DNA of 64,000 nucleotides, from contig JAZUAF010000009.1 in assembly GCA_045637865.1 (NCBI GenBank), positions 1,059-65,058 of the forward strand, in the 5' to 3' direction. Origin of the DNA: Christensenellaceae bacterium (GTDB taxonomy: Bacteria; Bacillota; Clostridia; Christensenellales; Borkfalkiaceae). Below, one piece after another: positions 1 through 9,390 of this stretch. Each line of letters opens with the position of its first letter. The first letter of the stretch is position 1. The position numbers were made by a program, and so were the translations under genes. Below the pieces are notes generated by a model. That model saw nothing but the letters and a program-made list of their open reading frames with translations. It ran no database searches and had not been told where the DNA came from.

Positions 1-726
1 TCGGAAACAGATATTATATGTTTTACTAAACGTTTAAAAATATTTAAGCCAAAAGCTAAGTCTGTATTCATAATCGGTGGAGGTAAGATAGGATATTACC
101 TTTCTAAGGCATTAATTAAAGACGGAGTAAGCGTCAAGATTATGGAGAGCAATTCTGCTCGATGTGAAGAGCTCAGCCTTGATTTGACCTCTGCAACGAT
201 TCTTCACGGAGACGGAACCGATCATAGTATTTTAGAGGAAGAGGGCATAAAAAATAGTGATGCCTGCATAACTCTTACCGGTATGGATGAGGAAAACGTT
301 ATCATTTCTCTTTTTGCTAAGATGAAAAAGGTTTCTAAAATTGTAACCAAGGTGGATAGAGCGCTAATATCTTCAATGGTAGAACAGTTTGGACTTGACA
401 CTATAGTTTCCCCAAAAACAGTTATCGCAAATCATATCGTTCGTTTTGTAAGAGAAAATCAAGCAAACGTGGGAGAAGGGGTAAACACCCTATATATGTT
501 AAACGATGAGGTTGAGGCACTTGAATTTACCGTTAAGCCATCATTTGAAAAGGTGGGTATTCCACTTAAGAACCTCAAGATAAAAAAGAACGTTTTGGTT
601 GGTGGAATAGTTAGGGGTGATGATTTTATTCTTCCTAGTGGCGACACCGAATTTGCACTTTCAGACAGAGTTATTCTCGTTTCTGCAGAAAAGCAGATTA
701 ACGAACTAAAGGATATATTGATTTAA
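1..726 (+). CDS. trkA: Potassium uptake NAD-binding subunit TrkA/KtrA type, C-terminal portion (5' end outside window)
   Basis: The frame is open from nt 1. The translation shows a Rossmann GxGxxG segment (VFIIGGGKIGYYLSKAL) followed by an RCK_C-like domain. The stop overlaps the trkH start (TAATG, 724-728). Confidence 0.85.
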   Translation, partial: SETDIICFTKRLKIFKPKAKSVFIIGGGKIGYYLSKALIKDGVSVKIMESNSARCEELSLDLTSATILHGDGTDHSILEEEGIKNSDACITLTGMDEENVIISLFAKMKKVSKIVTKVDRALISSMVEQFGLDTIVSPKTVIANHIVRFVRENQANVGEGVNTLYMLNDEVEALEFTVKPSFEKVGIPLKNLKIKKNVLVGGIVRGDDFILPSGDTEFALSDRVILVSAEKQINELKDILI

Positions 727-2177
727 TGAATTATAGAGCAGTGTTAGGCATAATTGGTAAATGTATGGTAATTACAGCTTGCTTTATGCTTATTCCCCTT
801 ATTATAGGGTTTATTTACAATGAAAATAGTTGGCTTTCTTTCTTGGTCCCCATTATCGCACTTGTTGCGATTGGGCTTCCTCTTGCTATGCTTAAATCAA
901 AAGAGAGTAGTATTTACGCAAAGGAAGGTTTTATTTCTGTCGCTCTAGTTTGGATTATAATGTCGCTTTTCGGTGCCTTGCCTTTCTTTATTAGTGGCGC
1001 TATTCCCAATTATGTCAATGCGCTATTTGAAACTGTTTCAGGTTTTACTACGACTGGTGCAACGATAATGGTAGATGTTGAAATATTAAGTAAGTCACTA
1101 GGATTTTGGAGAATATTTACCCATTTTATAGGGGGTATGGGGGTTATTGTATTTATTCTTGCAATACTACCTAATGATAGCGGGGCAATGCATATTTATA
1201 GGGCTGAAACACCTGGGCCATCAGCCTCAAAACTAGTTAGTAAGATGAGCCATACGGCAAGAATACTTTATCTAATCTATATCGGATTAATGCTTATAGA
1301 AGTTATTTTGTTATCCTTTAGTGGTATAGGTTTTTATGATGCGGTAGTTTGTTCTTTATCGACGGCAGGAACGGGTGGTTTCTCCATTTACAACAAGAGT
1401 ATTGCACACTATAATAATACCTACGTAGAAATAATTATTGCAGTGTTTATGTTTTTATTTGGTGTAAACTTTAACGTTTTTTACCTTATTCTAATTGGTA
1501 GTGTTTCTAAGGCGCTTATGTGTGAAGAATTAAGGGCATACATTATTATTGTAATTGTTTCAACCTTAGCTATTGCATTAAACATATTATCAACCGTTAA
1601 TAATTTTGGAGAATCACTTAGGTATTCCTTCTTTCAAGTAGCCTCCGTTATATCTACGACAGGGTTTTGTACATTTGATTTTGACGTGTGGCCGGCATTT
1701 TCAAAAATGATAATATTCTTTCTGCTTATTTGTGGTGCGTGTGGTGGATCGACTGGTGGTGGACTAAAAGTCTCTAGAATTTGTATTTTATTTAAATCAA
1801 CGATTGCCTCCGTTAAAAGGATTTTCAACCCAAGGGCTGTGGTCACTGCAAAGTTTGAAGGGAAACCATTGACTAAAGAAAATGAAGATTCTGTTAAATC
1901 TTATTTTATACTTTGGACAATAATTGTCGCACTGACAACCCTTCTTTTGTGTATTGACCCCTCCATGCCTAATGATCTATTGACAAATCTTTCTGCAAGT
2001 ATCACGTGTATAGGTAACGTGGGACCTGGCTTCAATTTGGTTGGACCTACTTGTAACTTTGCGGGATATTCTGCTTACTCTAAGATTTTGCTATCTGTAG
2101 TGATGTTAATAGGTAGGCTTGAGATTTTTCCGATACTTATCTTATTCTCTGCAAGAACGTGGAGGAGGGCAGGCTAG
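726..2177 (+). CDS. trkH: Potassium transporter TrkH/KtrB family membrane subunit
   Basis: 483-aa polytopic membrane protein with repeated selectivity-filter-like glycine segments (SGFTTTGAT, STAGTGGFS, STTGFC, GGSTGGGLKV). It is translationally coupled to trkA. Confidence 0.9.
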   Translation: MNYRAVLGIIGKCMVITACFMLIPLIIGFIYNENSWLSFLVPIIALVAIGLPLAMLKSKESSIYAKEGFISVALVWIIMSLFGALPFFISGAIPNYVNALFETVSGFTTTGATIMVDVEILSKSLGFWRIFTHFIGGMGVIVFILAILPNDSGAMHIYRAETPGPSASKLVSKMSHTARILYLIYIGLMLIEVILLSFSGIGFYDAVVCSLSTAGTGGFSIYNKSIAHYNNTYVEIIIAVFMFLFGVNFNVFYLILIGSVSKALMCEELRAYIIIVIVSTLAIALNILSTVNNFGESLRYSFFQVASVISTTGFCTFDFDVWPAFSKMIIFFLLICGACGGSTGGGLKVSRICILFKSTIASVKRIFNPRAVVTAKFEGKPLTKENEDSVKSYFILWTIIVALTTLLLCIDPSMPNDLLTNLSASITCIGNVGPGFNLVGPTCNFAGYSAYSKILLSVVMLIGRLEIFPILILFSARTWRRAG

Positions 2178-3053
2178 ATGAATGGTATCATAGTTGTTAA
2201 TCCTTACGGGTTCCCCGGAAGCAGTGTAAAGCAAGCCGAAAGATTAAAAGAAGAGTTCGATAAAATGGGCGTTTCTGCCTTTATAGTAGACAATGCCTTT
2301 ACTCACTTTTTAATTGAGGGGGATAAGCTTAAATCTAGTCTTTCAGGCATAGATTTTGCAGTTTTTTTAGATAAGGATAAATATCTTTCGCAAGAGCTTA
2401 CAAAAAGTGGCGTTCGCATCTTTAATTCGCACGAGTCTATTAGAGTATGCGACGACAAAGGGGAAACCTGTCTTGCGCTCGTTAATAGTGGAGTAAAAAT
2501 GCCTAAAACCCTGTTCGCACCCTTATGTTATAGGGGAGAAGCAAACCTTACTTTTGACTATGCCGAGGAAGTTATATCTAAACTATCCCTTCCAGTAATA
2601 GTAAAGGAAAGCTACGGCTCGCAAGGGTTCGGAGTGCACAAGGCAGATAACAAACAAGAGCTTATATCCTTAATGGAAAAGTTCAAACTTAAACCACATA
2701 TCTTCCAAGAATATTTAGGCGCAAAACCCGGCGTTGACGTTAGGGTTATAGTGATAGGTAAAAAAGCCGTTTGTTCTATGGAGAGACGAAATGAGAGGGA
2801 TTTTCGTTCTAACATCGGTCAAGGTGGTGGCGGAAAGGTTATTGAACTTTCCGAGGAGTTTAAGAAAACTGCAGAAAGATGTGCAAAAGTGTTAAATCTT
2901 GATTATTGTGGGGTTGACCTTCTTTATGGTAAAAATGGAGAGCCATATGTTTGTGAGGTTAATTCAAACGCCTTTTTTGAGGGGATTGAAAAAACCACGG
3001 GATTTAACGTTGCCAAGCTTTATGCAGAATATATAATAAATGAAATGAAGTAG
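2178..3053 (+). CDS. RimK-type ATP-grasp ligase (alpha-L-glutamate ligase family)
   Basis: 291 aa with ATP-grasp blocks (VIVKESYGSQGFGV, DYCGVDLLYG, VCEVNSNAFFEG). ATG 2178 directly follows the trkH stop TAG 2175-2177. Confidence 0.75.
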   Translation: MNGIIVVNPYGFPGSSVKQAERLKEEFDKMGVSAFIVDNAFTHFLIEGDKLKSSLSGIDFAVFLDKDKYLSQELTKSGVRIFNSHESIRVCDDKGETCLALVNSGVKMPKTLFAPLCYRGEANLTFDYAEEVISKLSLPVIVKESYGSQGFGVHKADNKQELISLMEKFKLKPHIFQEYLGAKPGVDVRVIVIGKKAVCSMERRNERDFRSNIGQGGGGKVIELSEEFKKTAERCAKVLNLDYCGVDLLYGKNGEPYVCEVNSNAFFEGIEKTTGFNVAKLYAEYIINEMK

Positions 3054-3088
3054 AAAAAAAGGACTTTAGTTTTAAGTCCTTTTTTTTG
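3054..3088. terminator. Bidirectional intrinsic terminator shared by the trk-rimK operon and the convergent AraC gene
   Basis: A7 run, 7-bp stem AGGACTT (3060-3066) / AAGTCCT (3074-3080), then a T8 run. The AraC stop codon lies inside the hairpin. Confidence 0.7.
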
Positions 3089-3935
3089 CCTTTCTTCTAT
3101 ATTCTTTGGGGGAGATTCCCGTTAGTTTCTTAAAGAATCTTGTGAAATAGTGGATGGATTCAAAATTTAATTCATCGGCTATTGAAGTGAGCGTTTTTTC
3201 GGTGGTTTTTATAAGCATTTTCGCCTTTTCGAGCTTTCGTAAATTTACGAATTCAACAACCGTTTTTCCCGTGTATGATTTAAACTCCTTGCAAAGGGTA
3301 GAACGGTTTGTCTTAAACAAAAAGGCAAGCTCGCCAATAGTAATTTTTTCCGTGTAGTTATCGCGAAGATAATTTACTATTTCGCTGACCGAAAGCGTTT
3401 CAGAATCATCCCTTTCGCCCTTTCGAGATAGAGAGTAATCTCGTAAGACTCCTATAAGAAAATATTCTAATAAATTTTTTAACATCTGCTCAGAGCCAAA
3501 GGGGGGATTATCCCTCTTTTGCATATTGTAAAGGGGCACGTCGTAAGGAGGAGAGAAAACGTTTCTACCCTCTTTAACTATTTCTGCAAGCTTTTTTACG
3601 TCTGTAGGGGAAAGAGAAATGGGGCAGGAGGCAATTTTCCCTAATACCTCTTGCTCGCAGGTAAACCCTATAATAATAACGGTTGGGGCAGAGGCGTTTT
3701 CACAAAAAAGAGAGTGAATCTCACCAGGTCGGTGCAGAATAATTCTGCCTTCTTCAAGCTCTCCCGTGTAGCCCTCTGACTTTATGGTTAAACTGCCACC
3801 CGAAACGTAAACGAGCTCGTAGAAAGGGTGACTTTCACTTTTAGTGTAAAAATCCTCAGGAAACTCAAAATAATGAATATTAACTACACCGGTTACGTCT
3901 ATACTGGGGCTTAGTGTTTTAAGTACGTATTCCAT
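3072..3935 (-). CDS. AraC/XylS family transcriptional regulator with N-terminal cupin-like sensor domain
   Basis: 287 aa with a C-terminal double HTH (STLCKEFKSYTGKTVVEFVNLRKLEKAKMLI ... SIADELNFESIHYFTRFFKKLTGISPKEYR). It is divergent from the M24/ASRT-like pair. Confidence 0.85.
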   Translation of the reverse strand: MEYVLKTLSPSIDVTGVVNIHYFEFPEDFYTKSESHPFYELVYVSGGSLTIKSEGYTGELEEGRIILHRPGEIHSLFCENASAPTVIIIGFTCEQEVLGKIASCPISLSPTDVKKLAEIVKEGRNVFSPPYDVPLYNMQKRDNPPFGSEQMLKNLLEYFLIGVLRDYSLSRKGERDDSETLSVSEIVNYLRDNYTEKITIGELAFLFKTNRSTLCKEFKSYTGKTVVEFVNLRKLEKAKMLIKTTEKTLTSIADELNFESIHYFTRFFKKLTGISPKEYRRKAKKRT

Positions 3936-4009
3936 ATTTTTAATATATCATCGTTCGGACCGTTTGTCAATAAATAAATTTACGATTGTGCAAAAAAGTA
4001 TTGACAATT

Positions 4010-4038
4010 TTGTAAATACACCAAGGTGTTTATATTAT
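4010..4038 (+). promoter_or_regulatory. Putative sigma-A promoter of the M24/ASRT-like unit
   Basis: TTGTAA (4010-4015), 17-nt spacer, TATTAT (4033-4038). TTG(T/A)CAAT-like motifs at 3964-3971 and 4001-4008 could be AraC half-sites. Confidence 0.4.
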
Positions 4039-4076
4039 ATAATATAAAAAAATTTAATTATAAAGGAGAAAAGGAT

Positions 4077-5252
4077 ATGCAAAGAATATGTATTCCCGAT
4101 TACGAATATCAGGAGAGAATTAAAAAAGCTGCAGAGTTAGTTGCTAAAAAAGGTCTTGACGCAATGCTCGTTGTGTCTACTGAAAGCGACTATGCTAACG
4201 CTAGATACTTCTCTGGCTTCTGGCCTTTATTTGAAAGGGCAGGTGTCTTAATTTCTGCAACAGGTAAGGCTGTATTACTCGTTGGACCAGAGTCTGCTAT
4301 TTTCGCTAAAGACTTCGGCAAAATCGACAAGGTTATGGTGTTAAAGGAGTTTAGAGAATCTGCTGACCCTGCTTACCCCGAACTTGTTCCCGACACCTTT
4401 AAGGATGCTTTTAATTACGTTGGCGTTACTGGTGAAAATATTAAAATCGGTTTAGGTTCCTACGTTGAGTGCACTCTCCCCATTATGGACGGATTAAAAG
4501 AAACCTTCCCCAAGGCAGAAATTTCCATCTGTAGTGACATTATGGTTGCTCTCCGTTCCATCAAATCTGAAAACGAGCTCGCTTGTATCAAAGAAGGCTT
4601 CAGAATCGTTGAAATTGCAACCGATGAAGTTATTAAGGCTTTAAAGCCTGGCGTTACCGAGCTTCAAATGGTTGGTATTGCACAGAAGGTTATTTACGAG
4701 CACGGTGCAGAATACGAAGGTCTTCCTATGTACGTATTCAGCGAATCCTCAACTCGTCACGCAATCAGCCGTTCCACTTATAAGGTAATCGGCAAGGACG
4801 ATATCGTTCAATTAAACCTCTCTGCTAAAATCGACGGCTATTCACCTGCAATCGGTCTTCCCGTATTTATGGGCAAGGCAGAGGGTGAAAAGAAAGAACT
4901 CGTTGAATTCTGCTTAAAGATGCACAACTGGACTACCGAAAACCTTAAGGCTGGTATTCCGGCAGACGTAGTACCCAAAAAGTTCTTACAGATGTTTAAG
5001 GACGCAGGCTATGAAAAGAACTACGTTTACGGACCTTGCCACGGTACTGGTATGATTGAGGTTGAGGCTCCTTGGATGGAAACTTCCTCTAAGTACACCC
5101 TCCAAAAGAATATGACCTTCCAGGTAGATACCTTTATTTCCGGCTCCACCTTTGGTTGCCGTTGGGAAAAGGGTATTGCTATTAAAGAAAACGGCGTAGA
5201 ATCATACACCGATTATCTCGAAAAGCACGGTCTTATCGAACTTGGCTTCTAA
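4077..5252 (+). CDS. M24 family metallohydrolase (creatinase/Xaa-Pro peptidase fold)
   Basis: I chose ATG 4077 (AAAGGAGAA RBS 8 nt upstream) over the GTG at 4026 in the ORF track. It has a creatinase/prolidase-type N domain plus a pita-bread C domain (HGTGMIEVEAPW, WEKGIAIKENG). Confidence 0.75.
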   Translation: MQRICIPDYEYQERIKKAAELVAKKGLDAMLVVSTESDYANARYFSGFWPLFERAGVLISATGKAVLLVGPESAIFAKDFGKIDKVMVLKEFRESADPAYPELVPDTFKDAFNYVGVTGENIKIGLGSYVECTLPIMDGLKETFPKAEISICSDIMVALRSIKSENELACIKEGFRIVEIATDEVIKALKPGVTELQMVGIAQKVIYEHGAEYEGLPMYVFSESSTRHAISRSTYKVIGKDDIVQLNLSAKIDGYSPAIGLPVFMGKAEGEKKELVEFCLKMHNWTTENLKAGIPADVVPKKFLQMFKDAGYEKNYVYGPCHGTGMIEVEAPWMETSSKYTLQKNMTFQVDTFISGSTFGCRWEKGIAIKENGVESYTDYLEKHGLIELGF

Positions 5253-5265
5253 TTAGGAGTGCAGT

Positions 5266-5628
5266 ATGAAAGTTGTTGGTAAAAAATATTGGATTATTCC
5301 AGACTGTGAGCTTCCTCCCGAAGGAGAGGGTGAATTAAAGGGGCATGAAAGCGTTGTTATCGTTAACGACAGCAATAAAAAAGCTGTGATTGACGTTAAG
5401 ATTTTCTTTACTGAGGGCAAGCCTTACGAAGGAATTAAGTGGGAAGTTGAACCTCAAACAGTTAAGTGCTTCCGTATGAACAACGTTGAGCATATGTGTG
5501 GTTGGGTTGCTCCCTTAGAAACTCAATACGCTATGAAGCTTTCCAGCAGTGAAAAAATCGTAGTGCAGTATGGTAGACTTGACAACCGTCAAACTAACCT
5601 AGCTTACTACACCACTATGGCGTTCTAA
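5266..5628 (+). CDS. Sensory-rhodopsin-transducer (ASRT) fold family protein, function unknown in this context
   Basis: 120 aa. There is full-length by-eye similarity to the Anabaena ASRT as I recall it (W.IP...PP.G.G, HESVVIVN, IVVQYGRLDNRQ, TTMAF). It starts 13 nt after the M24 gene. Confidence 0.65.
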   Translation: MKVVGKKYWIIPDCELPPEGEGELKGHESVVIVNDSNKKAVIDVKIFFTEGKPYEGIKWEVEPQTVKCFRMNNVEHMCGWVAPLETQYAMKLSSSEKIVVQYGRLDNRQTNLAYYTTMAF

Positions 5629-5643
5629 GAAAGTAGATTAAAA

Positions 5644-5676
5644 AATGCGAAGTTTGTAAAACTTCGCATTTTTTGT
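5644..5676 (+). terminator. Intrinsic terminator after the M24/ASRT-like unit
   Basis: 11-bp perfect stem AATGCGAAGTT (5644-5654) / AACTTCGCATT (5660-5670), 5-nt loop, T-run. Confidence 0.85.
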
Positions 5677-5685
5677 TTTTAGGTA

Positions 5686-5713
5686 TTAAAAAATCCAGCC
5701 GAGGCTGGATTTT
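5686..5713 (-). terminator. Intrinsic terminator of guaB
   Basis: 8-bp stem AAATCCAG (5691-5698) / CTGGATTT (5705-5712). The plus-strand A-run at 5688-5693 gives a U-tract on the minus strand. Confidence 0.7.
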
Positions 5714-5724
5714 AGATTTATATA

Positions 5725-7221
5725 TTACTGTTTGTCTTTTACCATAACGTCGTGTGCACCACCCTCAACGATGGATACCGAGCTAACGAGGGTAAGCTTA
5801 GCGTTTTTCTGCAAATCTGGAATAGTGATTACGCCACAGTTACACATTGTAGATTTAACTTTTGATAGGGTAGTTTCTAGGTTGTCGTGTAAGCTACCTG
5901 CATAGGGAACGTAGCTGTCAACACCCTCAACGAAGGTGAGCTTTGTTTTGGAACCACCAAGGTCGTAACGTTGCCAGTTTCTTGTCCTTGCACTGACTTC
6001 ACCCCAGTATTCTTTCATATAAACTCCGTTAATTAAAACTTTATTTGTGGGGCTTTCGTCAAAACGAGAGAAGTATCTGCCGAGCATACAGAAATCGCAA
6101 CCCATAGCGAGGGCTAATGTGATGTGGTAGTCGTGCACGATGCCACCGTCCGAGCAGATGGGGATATAAACGCCAGTTTTCTTGAAATATTCATCTCTTG
6201 CTTCTGCAACCTCAATAACTGCTGTTGCCTGACCTTTACCAATACCTTTAGTTTCTCTAGTGATACAAATAGAACCACCACCGATACCAACCTTAATAAA
6301 GTCAGCTCCGGCTTCTGCAAGGAAGTTAAATCCGTCCTTGTCAACAACGTTACCTGCACCAACTTTTACCTTGTCGCCATAGTTTTCCCTAATCCACTCA
6401 ATGGTCTTTTTCTGCCATACGGTGAAGCCTTCTGAAGAGTCGATACAGAGCACGTCTGCACCTGCTTCGATGAGGGCGGGAACCCTCTCTTTATAGTCCC
6501 TTGAATTAATGCCTGCGCCAACTACGTAACGCTTGTTATCATCTAATAATTCGTTAACGTTCTTTTTGTGCTGGTCATAGTCCTTTCTAAATACGAAGGA
6601 AACGAGTCTGCCTTCCTTATCAATGATGGGGAGGGAGTTTAATTTATGGTCCCAAATAATGTCGTTAGCTTCTGAGAGTGTGGTGCCCTCGGGAGCTGTC
6701 ACGAGCTTGTCCAAAGGTGTCATAAAGGTGGAAACCTTTTCTTCTCCCGTCATTCTAGAAACTCTATAATCTCTGCCAGTAACGATACCAACGAGTTTGC
6801 CATTTGCACTGCCGTCGTCAGTTACGGCAAAGGTGGAGTGTCCGTTAATTTCCTTGAGTTCGAGAACGTCCCTTAAACAATCGTCTGGCTTAAGATTGGA
6901 ATCGGATACTACAAAGCCGGATTTATATTTTTTAACCTTTCTAATCATTTCTGCTTGCGCCTCAATGGTTTGGGAGCCGTAAATAAAGGATACGCCACCT
7001 TCCTTTGCGAGGGCAATTGCCATAGTGTCGTTAGAAACGGATTGCATTATTGCAGATACCATAGGTATATTGAGAGAGAGGGCTGGTTTTTCACCCTTCT
7101 TAAATTTTACTAACGGAGTCTTAAGCGAAACGTTGTCAGGAATACAATTTTCATCGGTGTAGCCTGGAACTAAAAGATATTCGCTAAAAGTTCTTGATGG
7201 GGTATTTTCGTAGTGAGCCAT
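5725..7221 (-). CDS. guaB: IMP dehydrogenase (IMPDH/GMPR family with CBS pair)
   Basis: It has the catalytic loop [12 protein letters not shown], an inserted CBS pair, and a TIM-barrel IMPDH layout. I chose the second ATG (MAHYEN...) because the first ATG sits inside the GAGGTG RBS. Confidence 0.9.
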   Translation of the reverse strand: MAHYENTPSRTFSEYLLVPGYTDENCIPDNVSLKTPLVKFKKGEKPALSLNIPMVSAIMQSVSNDTMAIALAKEGGVSFIYGSQTIEAQAEMIRKVKKYKSGFVVSDSNLKPDDCLRDVLELKEINGHSTFAVTDDGSANGKLVGIVTGRDYRVSRMTGEEKVSTFMTPLDKLVTAPEGTTLSEANDIIWDHKLNSLPIIDKEGRLVSFVFRKDYDQHKKNVNELLDDNKRYVVGAGINSRDYKERVPALIEAGADVLCIDSSEGFTVWQKKTIEWIRENYGDKVKVGAGNVVDKDGFNFLAEAGADFIKVGIGGGSICITRETKGIGKGQATAVIEVAEARDEYFKKTGVYIPICSDGGIVHDYHITLALAMGCDFCMLGRYFSRFDESPTNKVLINGVYMKEYWGEVSARTRNWQRYDLGGSKTKLTFVEGVDSYVPYAGSLHDNLETTLSKVKSTMCNCGVITIPDLQKNAKLTLVSSVSIVEGGAHDVMVKDKQ

Positions 7222-7359
7222 AAAGCACCTCATTTAAAAAATATTTCTAATATTATATCACACAAAGAAAAAAAAGCAAATAAAAAACATAATATTTTTT
7301 TGTTAACTTGAAAGAATTATTTTTTAAGTCTTTATTGTATAATAAACTCTATAAATACA

Positions 7360-7389
7360 TTGACAAAATACTCTCCTAAGTGATATACT
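7360..7389 (+). promoter_or_regulatory. Putative sigma-A promoter of the SIS-M20-M20-YjbQ-AEC operon
   Basis: TTGACA (7360-7365), 18-nt spacer, TATACT (7384-7389). Confidence 0.5.
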
Positions 7390-7430
7390 TTCTTAGTTAG
7401 AAATACACGATAAGTACAGTGAGGGATAGA

Positions 7431-8027
7431 ATGAAAAAAGAAACGTTAACTGCAGTAAAGGAAGCTTATAAAATTGAAGCCGAGTGCATTGAAAAAATGC
7501 TTGATTATTTTAACGAGGAAGAATTTTCTAAAGCCGTTGAACTTTTGAAAAACGCTACCCGTATTGGAACTTGTGGCTGTGGACATTCTGGTATTATTTG
7601 CCAGCATATGGCACATCTTTTGTGCTGTATTGAGCGTCCTGCGAGGTTTATTTCTCCTGCAGAAGCAGTTCACGGTGCAACGGGCTTCTTGCAAGAGGGT
7701 GACGTTATGATTTTTGCTTCTCGCGGTGGAAAGACTAAGGAACTTCTTCCGATTATTGATATTTGCAAGGCGAAAAAGGTTAAAATCATTTCTATTACCG
7801 AGAATGTGGAATCTCCTTTAGCAGAAAATGCGGATGTAACGTTGAAACAATACGTTAATAGAGAAACGGACAAGTATAATTCTCAGGGCACTACTTCAAC
7901 CACGGCACTTTGTATGATATTCCACGCCCTACAAACAGCTCTTATTGAAGAGACGGGTTTTAAGAACGAGCAGTTTGCCCTCATTCACCCGGGTGGAGCA
8001 GTTGGCGAAAGACTTAATAAAAAATAA
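7431..8027 (+). CDS. KpsF/GutQ-type SIS domain sugar-phosphate isomerase-like protein (no CBS pair)
   Basis: ATG 7431 is preceded by GAGGGA. SIS blocks resemble arabinose-5-phosphate isomerases (GCGHSGIICQHMAH, ASRGGKTKEL, TTSTTALCM, HPGGAVGERL). The protein ends right after the SIS domain. Confidence 0.7.
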   Translation: MKKETLTAVKEAYKIEAECIEKMLDYFNEEEFSKAVELLKNATRIGTCGCGHSGIICQHMAHLLCCIERPARFISPAEAVHGATGFLQEGDVMIFASRGGKTKELLPIIDICKAKKVKIISITENVESPLAENADVTLKQYVNRETDKYNSQGTTSTTALCMIFHALQTALIEETGFKNEQFALIHPGGAVGERLNKK

Positions 8028-8039
8028 AAGGGGCTTGTT

Positions 8040-9380
8040 ATGGACTACTCTCTTAAATTAAACGATTTTAGAAAATTGATGTATTCTGCCGAGCGTTATA
8101 TTTGGGAAAACGCAGAAGTTGGATATAAAGAGTTCAAGACGGACGCTTATATGAAAAAGGTTTTCCGTGAACTTGGATACGAAATAAAAGAGGCTGGGGA
8201 TATCCCTGGTTTTTCAGCTGAATTAGATACGGGCAAAAAAGGGCCTACCCTAGCTTTACTTGCTGAACTTGACGCGCTTTATTGTGCATCTCACCCCGAA
8301 AGCAACAAAGAAACGGGTGCCGTTCACGCCTGTGGGCACAATATTCAGTGTGCATCTATCTTGGGCGTTGCCGCTGTATTAAAAGAAGAGGGCGCTCTAG
8401 ATAAACTCTCGGGTAAAATTAGATTTATTATAGTTCCTGCAGAAGAGGGCGTTGAAATTTCCTTTAGAAACGAGCTGGTTAGAAAGGGAGTAATTACCTT
8501 TACCTCAGGTAAGCCTGAAATGATTGCAAGAGGCTTTTTTGACGGAGTGGACGTTGCCTTTATGGTACACATTCAAAATCTTGAGGATTCTGGCGCAATC
8601 TATTTTTCCGAAAAAGGTTGCAACGGCAACATAAGAAAGAAAACGGTGATTCGTGGCAGAGCTTCACACGCGGGGGAATTTCCTTGCGACGGTATTAACG
8701 CTCTTAACGCGGCATCGCTTGCAATAAGCGCAACCAATTACTTAAGAGAAACTTTCAAAGAGGAAGACGTGGTTAGATTCCACTCTATTGTCACCAACGG
8801 TGGAAGTTCTGTAAACGTCGTTCCAGACGAAGTAGTTATAGAAAGCTACGTTAGAGCGTCTAACGTAAAGGCTCTCGTTAACGCTAACGAAAGAGTTAAT
8901 AGGGCAATAACTTGTGCGTGTGCGTCGATAGGGGCAGAGGTGGAAATTACCGATCTTCCTGGCTCTTATCCCGTTCGTAACGATGAGAATTTGTTGCAAG
9001 TAACAAAAGAGGCGTTTATCGCCCTTGCAGACGGCAAATACGAGTTTACAGACCACTGGAAAGGCTCCTGCACAGATATGGGCGACGTTAGCACTATCGT
9101 GCCTTCGGTTCACGCTTACGTCGGGGGCTTAGTTGGTACGCTACACGGAAAAGATTATCAGGTAGCAAACCCAGAAGAAACTTGTTATAACTCTGCAAAT
9201 CTTCAGCTTAAGGTTGCTGAAATTCTCTTATCTAATGGAGCAGAGCGTGCGTATAAGGTAATCGAGGGGTATAAGCCTGAGTTTAAGGATACTACAGAAT
9301 ACGTTTCTAAAAAGCTTGAGCTTGGAAAGGTTCTTTCTCCCATAAAGATAACCGAAAACGGCTTAGAAATTGAGATGTAG
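8040..9380 (+). CDS. M20 family amidohydrolase (AbgB-like), paralog 1
   Basis: 446 aa with M20 metal-site blocks (GAVHACGHN, IIVPAEEG, FMVH) and a dimerisation-domain insert. It is highly similar to the next gene. Confidence 0.75.
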   Translation: MDYSLKLNDFRKLMYSAERYIWENAEVGYKEFKTDAYMKKVFRELGYEIKEAGDIPGFSAELDTGKKGPTLALLAELDALYCASHPESNKETGAVHACGHNIQCASILGVAAVLKEEGALDKLSGKIRFIIVPAEEGVEISFRNELVRKGVITFTSGKPEMIARGFFDGVDVAFMVHIQNLEDSGAIYFSEKGCNGNIRKKTVIRGRASHAGEFPCDGINALNAASLAISATNYLRETFKEEDVVRFHSIVTNGGSSVNVVPDEVVIESYVRASNVKALVNANERVNRAITCACASIGAEVEITDLPGSYPVRNDENLLQVTKEAFIALADGKYEFTDHWKGSCTDMGDVSTIVPSVHAYVGGLVGTLHGKDYQVANPEETCYNSANLQLKVAEILLSNGAERAYKVIEGYKPEFKDTTEYVSKKLELGKVLSPIKITENGLEIEM

Positions 9381-9390
9381 GAGAGCTCAA

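Noticed and set aside
5266-5628. Reading the ASRT-family gene as evidence of a rhodopsin-based photosensory system.
   Set aside because: No opsin-like 7-TM gene is in the window. The organism looks like an anaerobic fermenter, and the gene is coupled to an M24 hydrolase instead.
6114-6435. Overlapping 82-aa and 103-aa ORFs on both strands within guaB.
   Set aside because: They are embedded in a strongly supported, motif-complete IMPDH gene. They have no RBS and unusual composition, which is typical of shadow ORFs.
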